From assembly GCA_016699145.1 (NCBI GenBank), contig CP064962.1, forward strand, positions 240,001 through 272,000: a stretch of DNA of 32,000 nt. Reading direction: 5' to 3'. How positions within the stretch are numbered: the first letter of the stretch is position 1; each line of letters starts with the position of its first letter. Shown piece by piece: positions 6,996 through 14,749 of the stretch. This DNA is from Candidatus Saccharimonadota bacterium (GTDB taxonomy: Bacteria > Patescibacteriota > Gracilibacteria > UBA1369 > 2-02-FULL-48-14). The notes beneath the pieces were generated by a model. That model had not been told where the DNA came from. It did not search any database and worked only from the letters and a program-made list of their open reading frames with translations. The translations under genes and the position numbers were made by a program.

Positions 6996-8225
6996 ATGCG
7001 CCGCGCCCTTCTCGCTCTTTTGAGCCTGGTCTTATTTTCTTCCACTGCTTTTGCAGCCGGAGACCTTTCCTTGAACGCTTCCAGTTTGCAACTCAGTGCC
7101 GATTCTTGCCTGGAAGGGCACAGCATTCGCATTTGGGTGTCAGTGAGCAACAACAGCACAGAAGACCTGCTGGGTTCCGTGCGCTTCACCGCAAACGGGG
7201 TACAAGTGGGCTCGGATCAAGGAGTTTCCGCCCTTGCAGGGAAAAGTGATGAAGTTTTTTTGAACTGGACCCCTCCAAGCTATGGTACCTTCACCCTCAC
7301 AGCCAATCTCAGCCCCTGGGAAAATGCAGGTGACGATCCTTCCAACAACAGCGTTTCCAAACAAGTGACCGTAGGCCAAGACACCGACCGCGATGGAGTC
7401 GCCAACAGCAGCGACAGCGATGACGATAACGATGGCACCCCCGACAGCGACGATGTTTTCCCAACCAATCGAAACGAAAACAAAGACAGTGACGGAGACG
7501 GCCAAGGCAACAGCGCCGACACAGACGATGACAACGACGGCACCTCCGACACAGAGGATCACTTGCCGGAAGATTCCCGCTACACCAAAGACCAAGATGG
7601 AGACAGCATTCCCAATGAATTGGATGAAGACATCGATGGAGACCAAGTTTCAAACGAAGAAGAAACCGCCCAAGGCACCATCACAACAGAAGCCGACAGC
7701 GACAAAGATCTGGTACTGGATGGCATAGACCTCTTCCCTCTTGATGAAACCGAATGGGCAGACCTCGATGCAGACGGCATCGGCGACAACAGCGATCCCG
7801 ACATCGACAACGATGGAATTTTAAACGAAACCGATCCCGATCCCAGCAATCCCGCACCTGAAGCAGCAGTGAACGATTCAGTCATCCTCACAAGTTTAGA
7901 TGAAGAAGTGACCTTCGACGCCAGCGCCTCCATGGACAACAATGAAATTGTAAAATACACCTGGACCTTTGGAGAGGAGGTGGTGGAAGGCAAAACGGTG
8001 ACCCATCGCTTTGAACAAAAAGGCGCTCAAGTGGCCACTCTCACCGTGTACGATGCCGAAGGACAATCGGACACTCTGGAAGTTAAAGTGCATGTTTTTG
8101 GACAAAATTTCCTCGTCAAAGCCATTGCCTTCAGCCTCGTCTTACTTTTACTTGCGTTCTACCTTATCTATCGCTATAATCGGCGGGCTTCTGGGGAAAA
8201 ACCCAAGAAAAACGCTAAAAAATAG
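6996..8225 (+). CDS. Secreted surface protein: signal peptide, CARDB-like domain, Asp-rich thrombospondin-type-3-like Ca-binding repeats, PKD-like domain, C-terminal TM anchor.
   Basis: MRRALLALLSLVLFSSTAFA signal. Repeats DTDRDGVANSSDSDDDNDGTPDSDD / DSDGDGQGNSADTDDDNDGTSDTED (about 7380-7850). VKYTWTFGEE...ATLTVYDAEGQSDTLEVKVHV (PKD-like, about 7870-8095). LVKAIAFSLVLLLLAFYLIY plus a Lys-rich tail. Confidence 0.75.
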   Translation: MRRALLALLSLVLFSSTAFAAGDLSLNASSLQLSADSCLEGHSIRIWVSVSNNSTEDLLGSVRFTANGVQVGSDQGVSALAGKSDEVFLNWTPPSYGTFTLTANLSPWENAGDDPSNNSVSKQVTVGQDTDRDGVANSSDSDDDNDGTPDSDDVFPTNRNENKDSDGDGQGNSADTDDDNDGTSDTEDHLPEDSRYTKDQDGDSIPNELDEDIDGDQVSNEEETAQGTITTEADSDKDLVLDGIDLFPLDETEWADLDADGIGDNSDPDIDNDGILNETDPDPSNPAPEAAVNDSVILTSLDEEVTFDASASMDNNEIVKYTWTFGEEVVEGKTVTHRFEQKGAQVATLTVYDAEGQSDTLEVKVHVFGQNFLVKAIAFSLVLLLLAFYLIYRYNRRASGEKPKKNAKK

Positions 8226-8228
8226 CTT

Positions 8229-8546
8229 ATGAAAACGGAGATTCACCCTCAATACTTCCAAGACGCAGTGACCGTGTGTGCAAACTGCAAAAAGGAATTC
8301 ACGTTCGGAAACACCAAGGAAACGGTTCAAGTGGAAATCTGTTCCAACTGCCACCCTTTCTACACCGGTAAAAAGATGCTCATCGACACCGAAGGACGCG
8401 TGGACAAATTCCAACAAAAACGTGCCGCTGCAAAACCGGTGGCTAAAAAGGATCGTAAGAAGAAGACTTTGGAAGAGCGTGTGAACGAAGAGCTTTCCGC
8501 TCAATTGGCCAAAGAAAAGGCTAAACTCGCGAAGAAAGAAGACTAA
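8229..8546 (+). CDS. rpmE: 50S ribosomal protein L31 (Zn-ribbon type) with a ~40-aa Lys/Glu-rich C-terminal extension.
   Basis: MKTEIHPQY...VCANCKKEF...CSNCHPFYTGKKMLIDTEGRVDKF. Confidence 0.9.
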   Translation: MKTEIHPQYFQDAVTVCANCKKEFTFGNTKETVQVEICSNCHPFYTGKKMLIDTEGRVDKFQQKRAAAKPVAKKDRKKKTLEERVNEELSAQLAKEKAKLAKKED

Positions 8547-8548
8547 AC

Positions 8549-9679
8549 ATGTTTGAATTCAAACTAGAAACGGCCTCCAAAGAGTGCAATGCTCGCTTGG
8601 GCCGTTTTTTGACTCCACACGGGGAAATCAAAACACCCGTCTTCATGCCGGTTGGCACCAAAGCCACGGTCAAATCCCTCGACCCCAAAGACCTAGAAGG
8701 ATTAGGCGCTCAAATCATCTTGGCCAACACTTATCATTTGGCCATGCGTCCCGGCTCTGAATTGGTGGCTAAAATGGGCGGCCTCCACAAGTGGATGAAC
8801 TGGCCTCATCCTCTTTTGACCGATTCCGGTGGCTTTCAAGTCTTCTCGCTGGGCGCAGACGAAGCGGGCACTTTCAAACCCAAAATCAGCGACGACGGCG
8901 TGGAATTTCGCTCGCACCTCGATGGCAGCACTCACTTTTTTAGCCCAGAAGAAGCCATTCGCATTCAAGAAAATTTAGGAGCAGACATCATCATGGCTTT
9001 TGACGAATGTGCCCCCGCAAACGTGGACGAAATTTATGCTCGCAAGGCGATGGAACGCACACACGACTGGGCCAAACGCTGCCTCGCCGCCAAAACCCGC
9101 GAAGATCAAGCGCTCTTCCCTATTGTACAAGGAAGCCGCTTCAAAACATTGCGCGAAGAATCTGCCAAGTTCATGGCGAGCCTCGATACACCGGGTATTG
9201 CCATCGGCGGCGTTTCCGTGGGAGAAGATTTTGAACAAAAATTTTATGCAATCGATTGTGCCATCCCTTTTTTGCCCAAAGACAAGCCTCGTTACCTGAT
9301 GGGCGTCGGCACTCCCGACGACATTTTGGAAGCCGTGGAACGCGGCATCGACATGTTCGACTGCGTACTGGCCACCCGCCTTGCCCGCCACAAAGCCTTT
9401 TGGGATTTCGATGGGCGCCACGACATCAGCAATGAAATCTACAAGTTGGACGAAACGCCGCTCTGCCCCGAACTGCCCTGCTACGCCTCTCGCGATTTTT
9501 CAAAAAGCTACCTGCGCCACCTCATGATTGAAAACGAGCTCTTGGGCATCCGTCTACTGACTTTGCACAACATCGCCTTGCTCTTATATTTAATGGAACA
9601 AATTGGCGTTCACATCGCCGTAAGAGACTTTCTAAACTTTAAAAAGGCTTTCTTGAAAAGATTTAAAAGCATAAAGTAG
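8549..9679 (+). CDS. tgt: Queuine tRNA-ribosyltransferase.
   Basis: ARLGRFLTPHGEIKTPVFMPVGT, ILANTYHL, LTDSGGFQVFSL, YLMGVGTPDDILEAV, SYLRHL...LLTLHNI. Confidence 0.9.
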   Translation: MFEFKLETASKECNARLGRFLTPHGEIKTPVFMPVGTKATVKSLDPKDLEGLGAQIILANTYHLAMRPGSELVAKMGGLHKWMNWPHPLLTDSGGFQVFSLGADEAGTFKPKISDDGVEFRSHLDGSTHFFSPEEAIRIQENLGADIIMAFDECAPANVDEIYARKAMERTHDWAKRCLAAKTREDQALFPIVQGSRFKTLREESAKFMASLDTPGIAIGGVSVGEDFEQKFYAIDCAIPFLPKDKPRYLMGVGTPDDILEAVERGIDMFDCVLATRLARHKAFWDFDGRHDISNEIYKLDETPLCPELPCYASRDFSKSYLRHLMIENELLGIRLLTLHNIALLLYLMEQIGVHIAVRDFLNFKKAFLKRFKSIK

Positions 9680-9704
9680 ATCCGTCATAAATAAAATCCG
9701 TGCC

Positions 9705-10274
9705 ATGATTCGTCTCCTTAAAGGAATTGTCATCGATCGTAGCGAAAAAGCCCTCACCCTCTTGGTAAACGGTGTGGGTTATGACGTGAGCATCCCCGCA
9801 CGCTTGAACCTGCAAAATGGCCAAGAAACGATGCTGCACATCCACACTCATGTGCGCGAAGACACCTTGGCCCTCTTCGGTTTTGAAAACAAACAAGAAC
9901 TCGCTTTCTTTGAACTGCTCATCACCGTGAACGGTATTGGACCCAAAATGGCCATGGGCATTTTAGATCAACCCATCGAAATCATTCAAAATGCCATCTT
10001 CACCGGCAACATTTCCAAGCTCACGCAAAGCCCCGGTGTGGGCAAAAAACTCGCCGAACGCCTTATCTTGGAACTCAAAGGCAAAGTGAATCCGGACACC
10101 TTCAACTCCTCTGGAAAAATGTCGGCCTCAAGCCCCGACTTCGACGAAGATGCCGTTGCCGCCCTGGAAAGCTTGGGCTACAAGCGCCACCACATTCAAA
10201 AAGTGCTGAGCAACTACGAAGGCGCCCCCTTCAGCAGCGAAGAAGCGATTCGTTTTTTCTTGCAAAAAGCCTAG
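9705..10274 (+). CDS. ruvA: Holliday junction DNA helicase subunit RuvA.
   Basis: MIRLLKGIV...VNGVGYDVSIP...HTHVREDTLALFGF...LITVNGIGPKMAMGIL...GVGKKLAERLILELK. Confidence 0.9.
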   Translation: MIRLLKGIVIDRSEKALTLLVNGVGYDVSIPARLNLQNGQETMLHIHTHVREDTLALFGFENKQELAFFELLITVNGIGPKMAMGILDQPIEIIQNAIFTGNISKLTQSPGVGKKLAERLILELKGKVNPDTFNSSGKMSASSPDFDEDAVAALESLGYKRHHIQKVLSNYEGAPFSSEEAIRFFLQKA

Positions 10275-10329
10275 CGGTTTGACTAAAGGAACAAATGGAG
10301 TATGATTTTGGACATACCCAAAAAGACCT

Positions 10330-11172
10330 ATGCTTGAAGATGGATTTTTATCAGAAACAAGAAAAAAGCCGGCTACACCAGAGCGCTTTAGCAAAATAAC
10401 TCTGATCCAATTTCCGGGCATTGGAAATGGAGTTTTAGACGAGGCAAAGACTCCATTTTTGAACAGCAAATACTTCAACAAGGAAGCGGCTGGAAAACCT
10501 TTCGAAGCTTTAGCTGCTAAAGGGATACAAACAGAAACAGTCCATGTGGCTTGGAATAAAGTCAAAGCCTCCCTCCCTCAAATCCCTGGGCTGGCCATCG
10601 CCACCAATTGTCATGCCTATTACAACGACCCTGAGTACAAACAACGAGTCATGGAAATGGTGAGCCAAACGATAGATCCTTACTTAGCTCAAGAGGACCC
10701 AGGTCTCATTTGCTTTCAAACCCACAGCTTCGGCGCCGTAGTGCTCACCGATTATTTAAAGAAAGCAGAACAGGAAGGAAAACTGGAAGCCTTCAAAGCC
10801 AAAGGCGGAGCATTCGACGTGATGATGCTCAGCCCCGCTCTCGATGAAATGGGAGCAGGCTTAATCAGTTCCAAAAACAAAATCATCCAAACCCTAGGCA
10901 TGAAGGTGGATCGAGAAGCCATTGAAGGAATTTACCGAAGCAGAGCACGCCGCGTATTGGGCCTTTCCATCAAAGGAGATCCTTTGACAGGAAGGTGGAT
11001 GCCTCAAGGAGAAAACATCACAAACCTCACTTTGGAACCTGAGTGGGGGAGATGGAATACATTTGTGCATGCGATCACAACGGGCAATGCACATCATTGG
11101 GGCATTTTTACCGACCCCAATGCTCAATGGGTCATGACAGAGTGGCTGAAGGGGACTAATCTAAGCATATGA
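10330..11172 (+). CDS. Alpha/beta-hydrolase-like protein of unknown specificity.
   Basis: A nucleophile-elbow-like CFQTHSFGAVV (x-S-x-G), with later GDPL and HHW as candidate Asp/His. This is only a pattern match. Confidence 0.4.
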   Translation: MLEDGFLSETRKKPATPERFSKITLIQFPGIGNGVLDEAKTPFLNSKYFNKEAAGKPFEALAAKGIQTETVHVAWNKVKASLPQIPGLAIATNCHAYYNDPEYKQRVMEMVSQTIDPYLAQEDPGLICFQTHSFGAVVLTDYLKKAEQEGKLEAFKAKGGAFDVMMLSPALDEMGAGLISSKNKIIQTLGMKVDREAIEGIYRSRARRVLGLSIKGDPLTGRWMPQGENITNLTLEPEWGRWNTFVHAITTGNAHHWGIFTDPNAQWVMTEWLKGTNLSI

Positions 11173-12140
11173 CCCGCGGTCAGTTAGCCGAAAGAACTAG
11201 GCGATCGATAGGAGGAGACCCACACGCACTCGCTCAATTAACACAAGGTCTTTTTGATGAGGCTGGAATGGCCTCCATTTCGCCCAGCGATACAGGGGGC
11301 ACTAATACTGGATATGGAGATGCTCTCGACCCTGTAAGAGCTGCTCATTGCACCATTAGGAACGAGAGCCAACGAACCGGTGCATTGATTCGAGGTCTTT
11401 ACCAAAAAGTAAACGAGCTTCGACAAAAATACCCAAACAGACCCGTACGCATTGCAGAATTGGGCTGCGGCCCTTTAGCGCCCATTGCTCTGAGCGTAGC
11501 CAGTCTTTTTCAACCGGAAGAAGTCCGCTTACTCCTTGTCGATATTCATAACGAGTCCTTAGCAATTTTAGAAAGATTGAGTGAAAAGCTCAAACTTAAA
11601 GGGCACATAGAGACTCTAGAACAAGGAAATCTTCTTGTAGGGAACTGGGGCCATCTAAGGCCAGATATTGTGGTACTTGAAGTCATGATGGCAGCTCTTC
11701 TGCGTGAACCACAAGGGGCTGTTACAGCCCATCTTGCCCCTCAATTCGAACCATCAACCCTCTGGTTACCTCAAAAAATTGAAGTTACAGGAAGCCTATT
11801 TCATGGAAGTGAAACTCCAGCTTCCAAATGGATTTCCCTTGGACCCATCTGCAGCATTGATCCTCATTTTAGAGAGCGTGCACGAGAAGGCACACCCTTA
11901 CAAAAGTTGATATCGGTTAAGAGGGGTTTTCAACTACCAGAACCACTAACACGCACTCAAAATCTTCGTTTGCACACGAGGGTAGAAGTCATACCTGGGA
12001 TAGAAATACCTCTGGGTTCAGTAATCACCAAAGATGTGATTTCTGAATGCAATGGCAGAGCTCAAACTGGACACCGGGGCATCCATGTCCGCTACACAAT
12101 GGGAGCGGATCACGTGGACTTCCACTCCACAGAATCGTAA
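11169..12140 (+). CDS. Class I SAM-dependent methyltransferase with PRMT-like features.
   Basis: Motif I VRIAELGCGPLAP (about 11446-11484), post-I LLLVDIHNES, and LEVMMAALLREP (11679-11708), where two Glu are separated by 8 residues as in the PRMT double-E loop SEWMGYxLLxE. Its ATG overlaps the upstream TGA (ATGA at 11169-11172). Confidence 0.55.
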   Translation: MTRGQLAERTRRSIGGDPHALAQLTQGLFDEAGMASISPSDTGGTNTGYGDALDPVRAAHCTIRNESQRTGALIRGLYQKVNELRQKYPNRPVRIAELGCGPLAPIALSVASLFQPEEVRLLLVDIHNESLAILERLSEKLKLKGHIETLEQGNLLVGNWGHLRPDIVVLEVMMAALLREPQGAVTAHLAPQFEPSTLWLPQKIEVTGSLFHGSETPASKWISLGPICSIDPHFRERAREGTPLQKLISVKRGFQLPEPLTRTQNLRLHTRVEVIPGIEIPLGSVITKDVISECNGRAQTGHRGIHVRYTMGADHVDFHSTES

Positions 12141-12150
12141 GCTGAAGACC

Positions 12151-13149
12151 ATGCGCCTCCTCACTCACCTCACGAACCTTCGCTACCTCATCGGCTTCAC
12201 GGGCACGGCGGGTTTCATGGTGCTCACTCCCACTAAAAACCTCTTTTTTACGGATTTTCGTTACCGTGGCTTCGCCAGCGCTCTTGCCGCTCATCCCATC
12301 AAAGAACCCTTTGAATTTGTAGAACTCGACGAAGAGGGCAAAGCCAAACTCAAAAAATGCTTCGCGAATAAAACCATAGAGTTTGAAGCTAATCACATGA
12401 GCATCAGCGAGCTGGAAAACTGGAAAAAACGCTTCCCCACGAGCCGCTTTGTGCCGGCTAAAAAAACGATCGAGGAGCAGCGTCATCTCAAAACCGAAGA
12501 TGAAATTCGAAAACTCAAAAAATCCCAACAGATCAATGAAGCAACCTTAAAAGCCGTGCGAAAACTGCTCAAACCGGGCGTAACTGAACTCGAAATCGCC
12601 TGGAAAATCAAAGTGATCGGCCACGAGCTCGGCGCCGAAGACATTTCCTTTGAACCCATCGTGGGCTTCGGACCACACAGCGCCGTGCCTCACCATCAAA
12701 ACACAGCCACTAAACTGAAAGCCAGCGACCTCGTGCTCATCGACATGGGTATGAAATTTGAGGGCTATTGCAGCGACATGACCCGCACCTTTCTGCCTCG
12801 CAATTATACAAACGAACAAGCAAGCATTTACCTAAAAGTACTGCACTCTCAAGAAGCCGCCATCAAGGCTCTCAAAGCAGGTGTCCGCTGTGCCCAACTC
12901 GACAAAATCGCACGCACTTCCATGGGCAAGGATGCAGAGTTCTTCGGCCACTCGCTTGGCCACGGTGTGGGCCTCGACGTGCACGAATTCCCCTCTCTCT
13001 CAAGTAGCAGCAAAGACGTACTCAAAGAAAACATGGTGGTCACCGTAGAGCCCGGCATTTACCTGGACGGCAAGTTCGGCGTGCGCATCGAAGACTGCGG
13101 CCGCGTCACAAAAACAGGCTATGAGAATTTTATGAGGGTGGAGAAATAA
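12151..13149 (+). CDS. M24-family Xaa-Pro aminopeptidase/dipeptidase.
   Basis: N-terminal creatinase-like domain (LRYLIGFTGTAGFMVL). Metal ligands DMGMKFEGYCSDMTRTF, HSLGHGVGLDVHE, VEPGIY, RIEDC. The ATG at 12151 is chosen because the longer ORF overlaps the preceding gene. Confidence 0.85.
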   Translation: MRLLTHLTNLRYLIGFTGTAGFMVLTPTKNLFFTDFRYRGFASALAAHPIKEPFEFVELDEEGKAKLKKCFANKTIEFEANHMSISELENWKKRFPTSRFVPAKKTIEEQRHLKTEDEIRKLKKSQQINEATLKAVRKLLKPGVTELEIAWKIKVIGHELGAEDISFEPIVGFGPHSAVPHHQNTATKLKASDLVLIDMGMKFEGYCSDMTRTFLPRNYTNEQASIYLKVLHSQEAAIKALKAGVRCAQLDKIARTSMGKDAEFFGHSLGHGVGLDVHEFPSLSSSSKDVLKENMVVTVEPGIYLDGKFGVRIEDCGRVTKTGYENFMRVEK

Positions 13150-14558
13150 AAGTTAAATCGATGCTCTTGGAGGGATCCACCGAACCGAACGAACGGTTCC
13201 AGGACCTTTTCCGAATTAATGGATCGAACAAAATTCTGAAGATTATCCACAGTTAGAGAAGCGCTGTGCCCATTCGCATCCAAAGCAAGAAGCGTCGTAC
13301 CAAAACCAATGGGTCCACGTGTATCGATCCAATCTGTACCCTTGTTTTCAGGGACATTGCCAGAGAGCTCCTTAGAGACCGCACCTAAAATAGCACCAGA
13401 GGTACCACGTTTATTCCTGTGAACAATAAACAAACGTCCCAAGCCTGCATGAGACCGATCCAGCTGAAAAGGAACCCTTCGAGGGTCTCGGCTACCCACC
13501 AACATATGGTTGTGATAAACCGTAGAAAGTTCACCAGAATTCAGAAAACGATCAAAAACTTGCCCAGCAACCTTAGAAACCTTGAACTGTCCCTCGCGAG
13601 TGGAAGCAGAATTGTGAGGAGACCAAACAAAAGCACGAGTAAACTCATGGTCACTTAGAAAGGCAGGATGCCAGTTGCCTCTCTCCGCCGCCGTCTTAGG
13701 CTCATGATCATAAACATCAAAGGCCCCTCGCCTCAAATGACCCGCATGGAAAGCATCTCGAGCCTCTTCTACCCGCAAAAGAGGTGCACGAGCAAAGTTC
13801 AACGCCCATTTCAAAGGTTCTTTCCCATCCGCTAACTCTGCTTCTTCAGCAAAATGTTCAAAAGAGCGCGCTGTTAAAATACCATCATTCTTCTTTCCAT
13901 GAGGATCTCTAAAAGAAGCATGTACGCTAACGATATCACTACCTCTCATCAGTTCTTCAATGCTTCGAAAACGCCAAATACCAGAAGGTACATTGCGTGG
14001 ATCATCAAAATAAGGGTCAGGATCATAAAAACCAACTCGAACTCCTTTAGCCAAAAGACGACGAGCCAGAGCAGAACCCACATTTCCAAAACCAATAAGC
14101 CCAGCAGCAGAACCTTCCACTTCGCGAGCCTCATAAAGGTCGGGCTCCTCTCCTGCATCTTTGGGAAATCGTCCTGCTAAAACAGCAGCATTCGTTACAT
14201 GCCCTCCACGAGCCAAAAGCCCCAAAGCGGCTTCCACATTTTCAACCACAGAATTTGTATTGGCACCGGGTGCATTTTGGTAAGTAACACCTGCAGAAAA
14301 AGCATCATCCGGAGAAACACTTTCTTCACCCACACAACAAAGTCCAACATAAGCCAGATCAGTACCCTTTAAAGCAGCATCATCCACCACACCACCACTT
14401 CTTTTAAAAAGCAGTTGAGCACCTTCTTTCCGTAAAACCTCACCCAAGGCTGCACCTGAATAAGAATTATTGGCTTGGGTCCGAATGGGAAGAATACCCA
14501 TCTGAGAGAGCTGCACATCCAAAGCTTCATGAGGATTACCCATAATAAGGGCTTTCAT
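13119..14558 (-). CDS. D-isomer-specific 2-hydroxyacid dehydrogenase, phosphoglycerate-dehydrogenase-like, with a C-terminal ACT-like extension.
   Basis: NAD motif GLIGFGNVGSALARRLLAKGVRV. Catalytic-triad context NFARAPLL / DVYDHEP / SPHNSASTREGQ. Tail GRLFIVHRNKRGTSGAILGAVSKEL resembles an ACT domain. Start taken at MKALIMG. The 3' end overlaps the convergent peptidase gene by 31 nt. Confidence 0.65.
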   Translation of the reverse strand: MKALIMGNPHEALDVQLSQMGILPIRTQANNSYSGAALGEVLRKEGAQLLFKRSGGVVDDAALKGTDLAYVGLCCVGEESVSPDDAFSAGVTYQNAPGANTNSVVENVEAALGLLARGGHVTNAAVLAGRFPKDAGEEPDLYEAREVEGSAAGLIGFGNVGSALARRLLAKGVRVGFYDPDPYFDDPRNVPSGIWRFRSIEELMRGSDIVSVHASFRDPHGKKNDGILTARSFEHFAEEAELADGKEPLKWALNFARAPLLRVEEARDAFHAGHLRRGAFDVYDHEPKTAAERGNWHPAFLSDHEFTRAFVWSPHNSASTREGQFKVSKVAGQVFDRFLNSGELSTVYHNHMLVGSRDPRRVPFQLDRSHAGLGRLFIVHRNKRGTSGAILGAVSKELSGNVPENKGTDWIDTRGPIGFGTTLLALDANGHSASLTVDNLQNFVRSINSEKVLEPFVRFGGSLQEHRFNFYFSTLIKFS

Positions 14559-14717
14559 TGGCCTGTCCCCAGGCTGAGAAGGCATAAATATCCTAGCATC
14601 ATCAACATGATGAACTTCCATACTTTTAAAAAAGATAAGGAAAAACTAATGAGCTTTTTCCGCAGAGTAAAGGCAAAAAACAGACTTTCAGCTTGATTTG
14701 CCCACATCCCCATGGCC

Positions 14718-14726
14718 TGCTACAAT
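14718..14726 (+). promoter_or_regulatory. Extended -10 promoter candidate for glmS.
   Basis: TGCTACAAT at 14718-14726, 24 nt upstream of the glmS ATG. No convincing -35 at proper spacing. Confidence 0.3.
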
Positions 14727-14749
14727 TCCCCGGTAATAAAAAAAGTTTT

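Noticed and set aside
6911-7249. ORFs 6911..7189 (minus, 92 aa) and 6920..7249 (plus, 109 aa), and the TTG start at 6945 for the surface protein.
   Set aside because: They overlap the promoter and signal-peptide region of the 6996..8225 gene and have Arg/Pro/Ser-rich nonsense-like translations. The TTG at 6945 coincides with a good -35 hexamer, and MRRALLALLSL at 6996 is a proper signal-peptide start.
7380-7850. Periodic DNA repeats (gacagcgac / gacgatgac units) that could be mistaken for a tandem-repeat or CRISPR-like array.
   Set aside because: They are in-frame codons for the Asp-rich D-x-D-x-D-G calcium-binding repeats. The units are imperfect and there is no repeat-spacer structure.
12052-12150. 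N-terminal 33-codon extension of the peptidase ORF that overlaps the methyltransferase gene.
   Set aside because: The extension starts at a non-ATG codon and overlaps the upstream CDS by 89 nt. The conserved peptidase sequence starts at MRLLTHLTNLRYLIGF (ATG 12151).
14622-14749. Possible glmS ribozyme/riboswitch in the glmS 5' region.
   Set aside because: The 128-nt spacer is A-rich and shows none of the conserved glmS ribozyme core or pseudoknot-forming G/C segments. With the candidate -10 at 14718-14726 the leader would be only about 20 nt.
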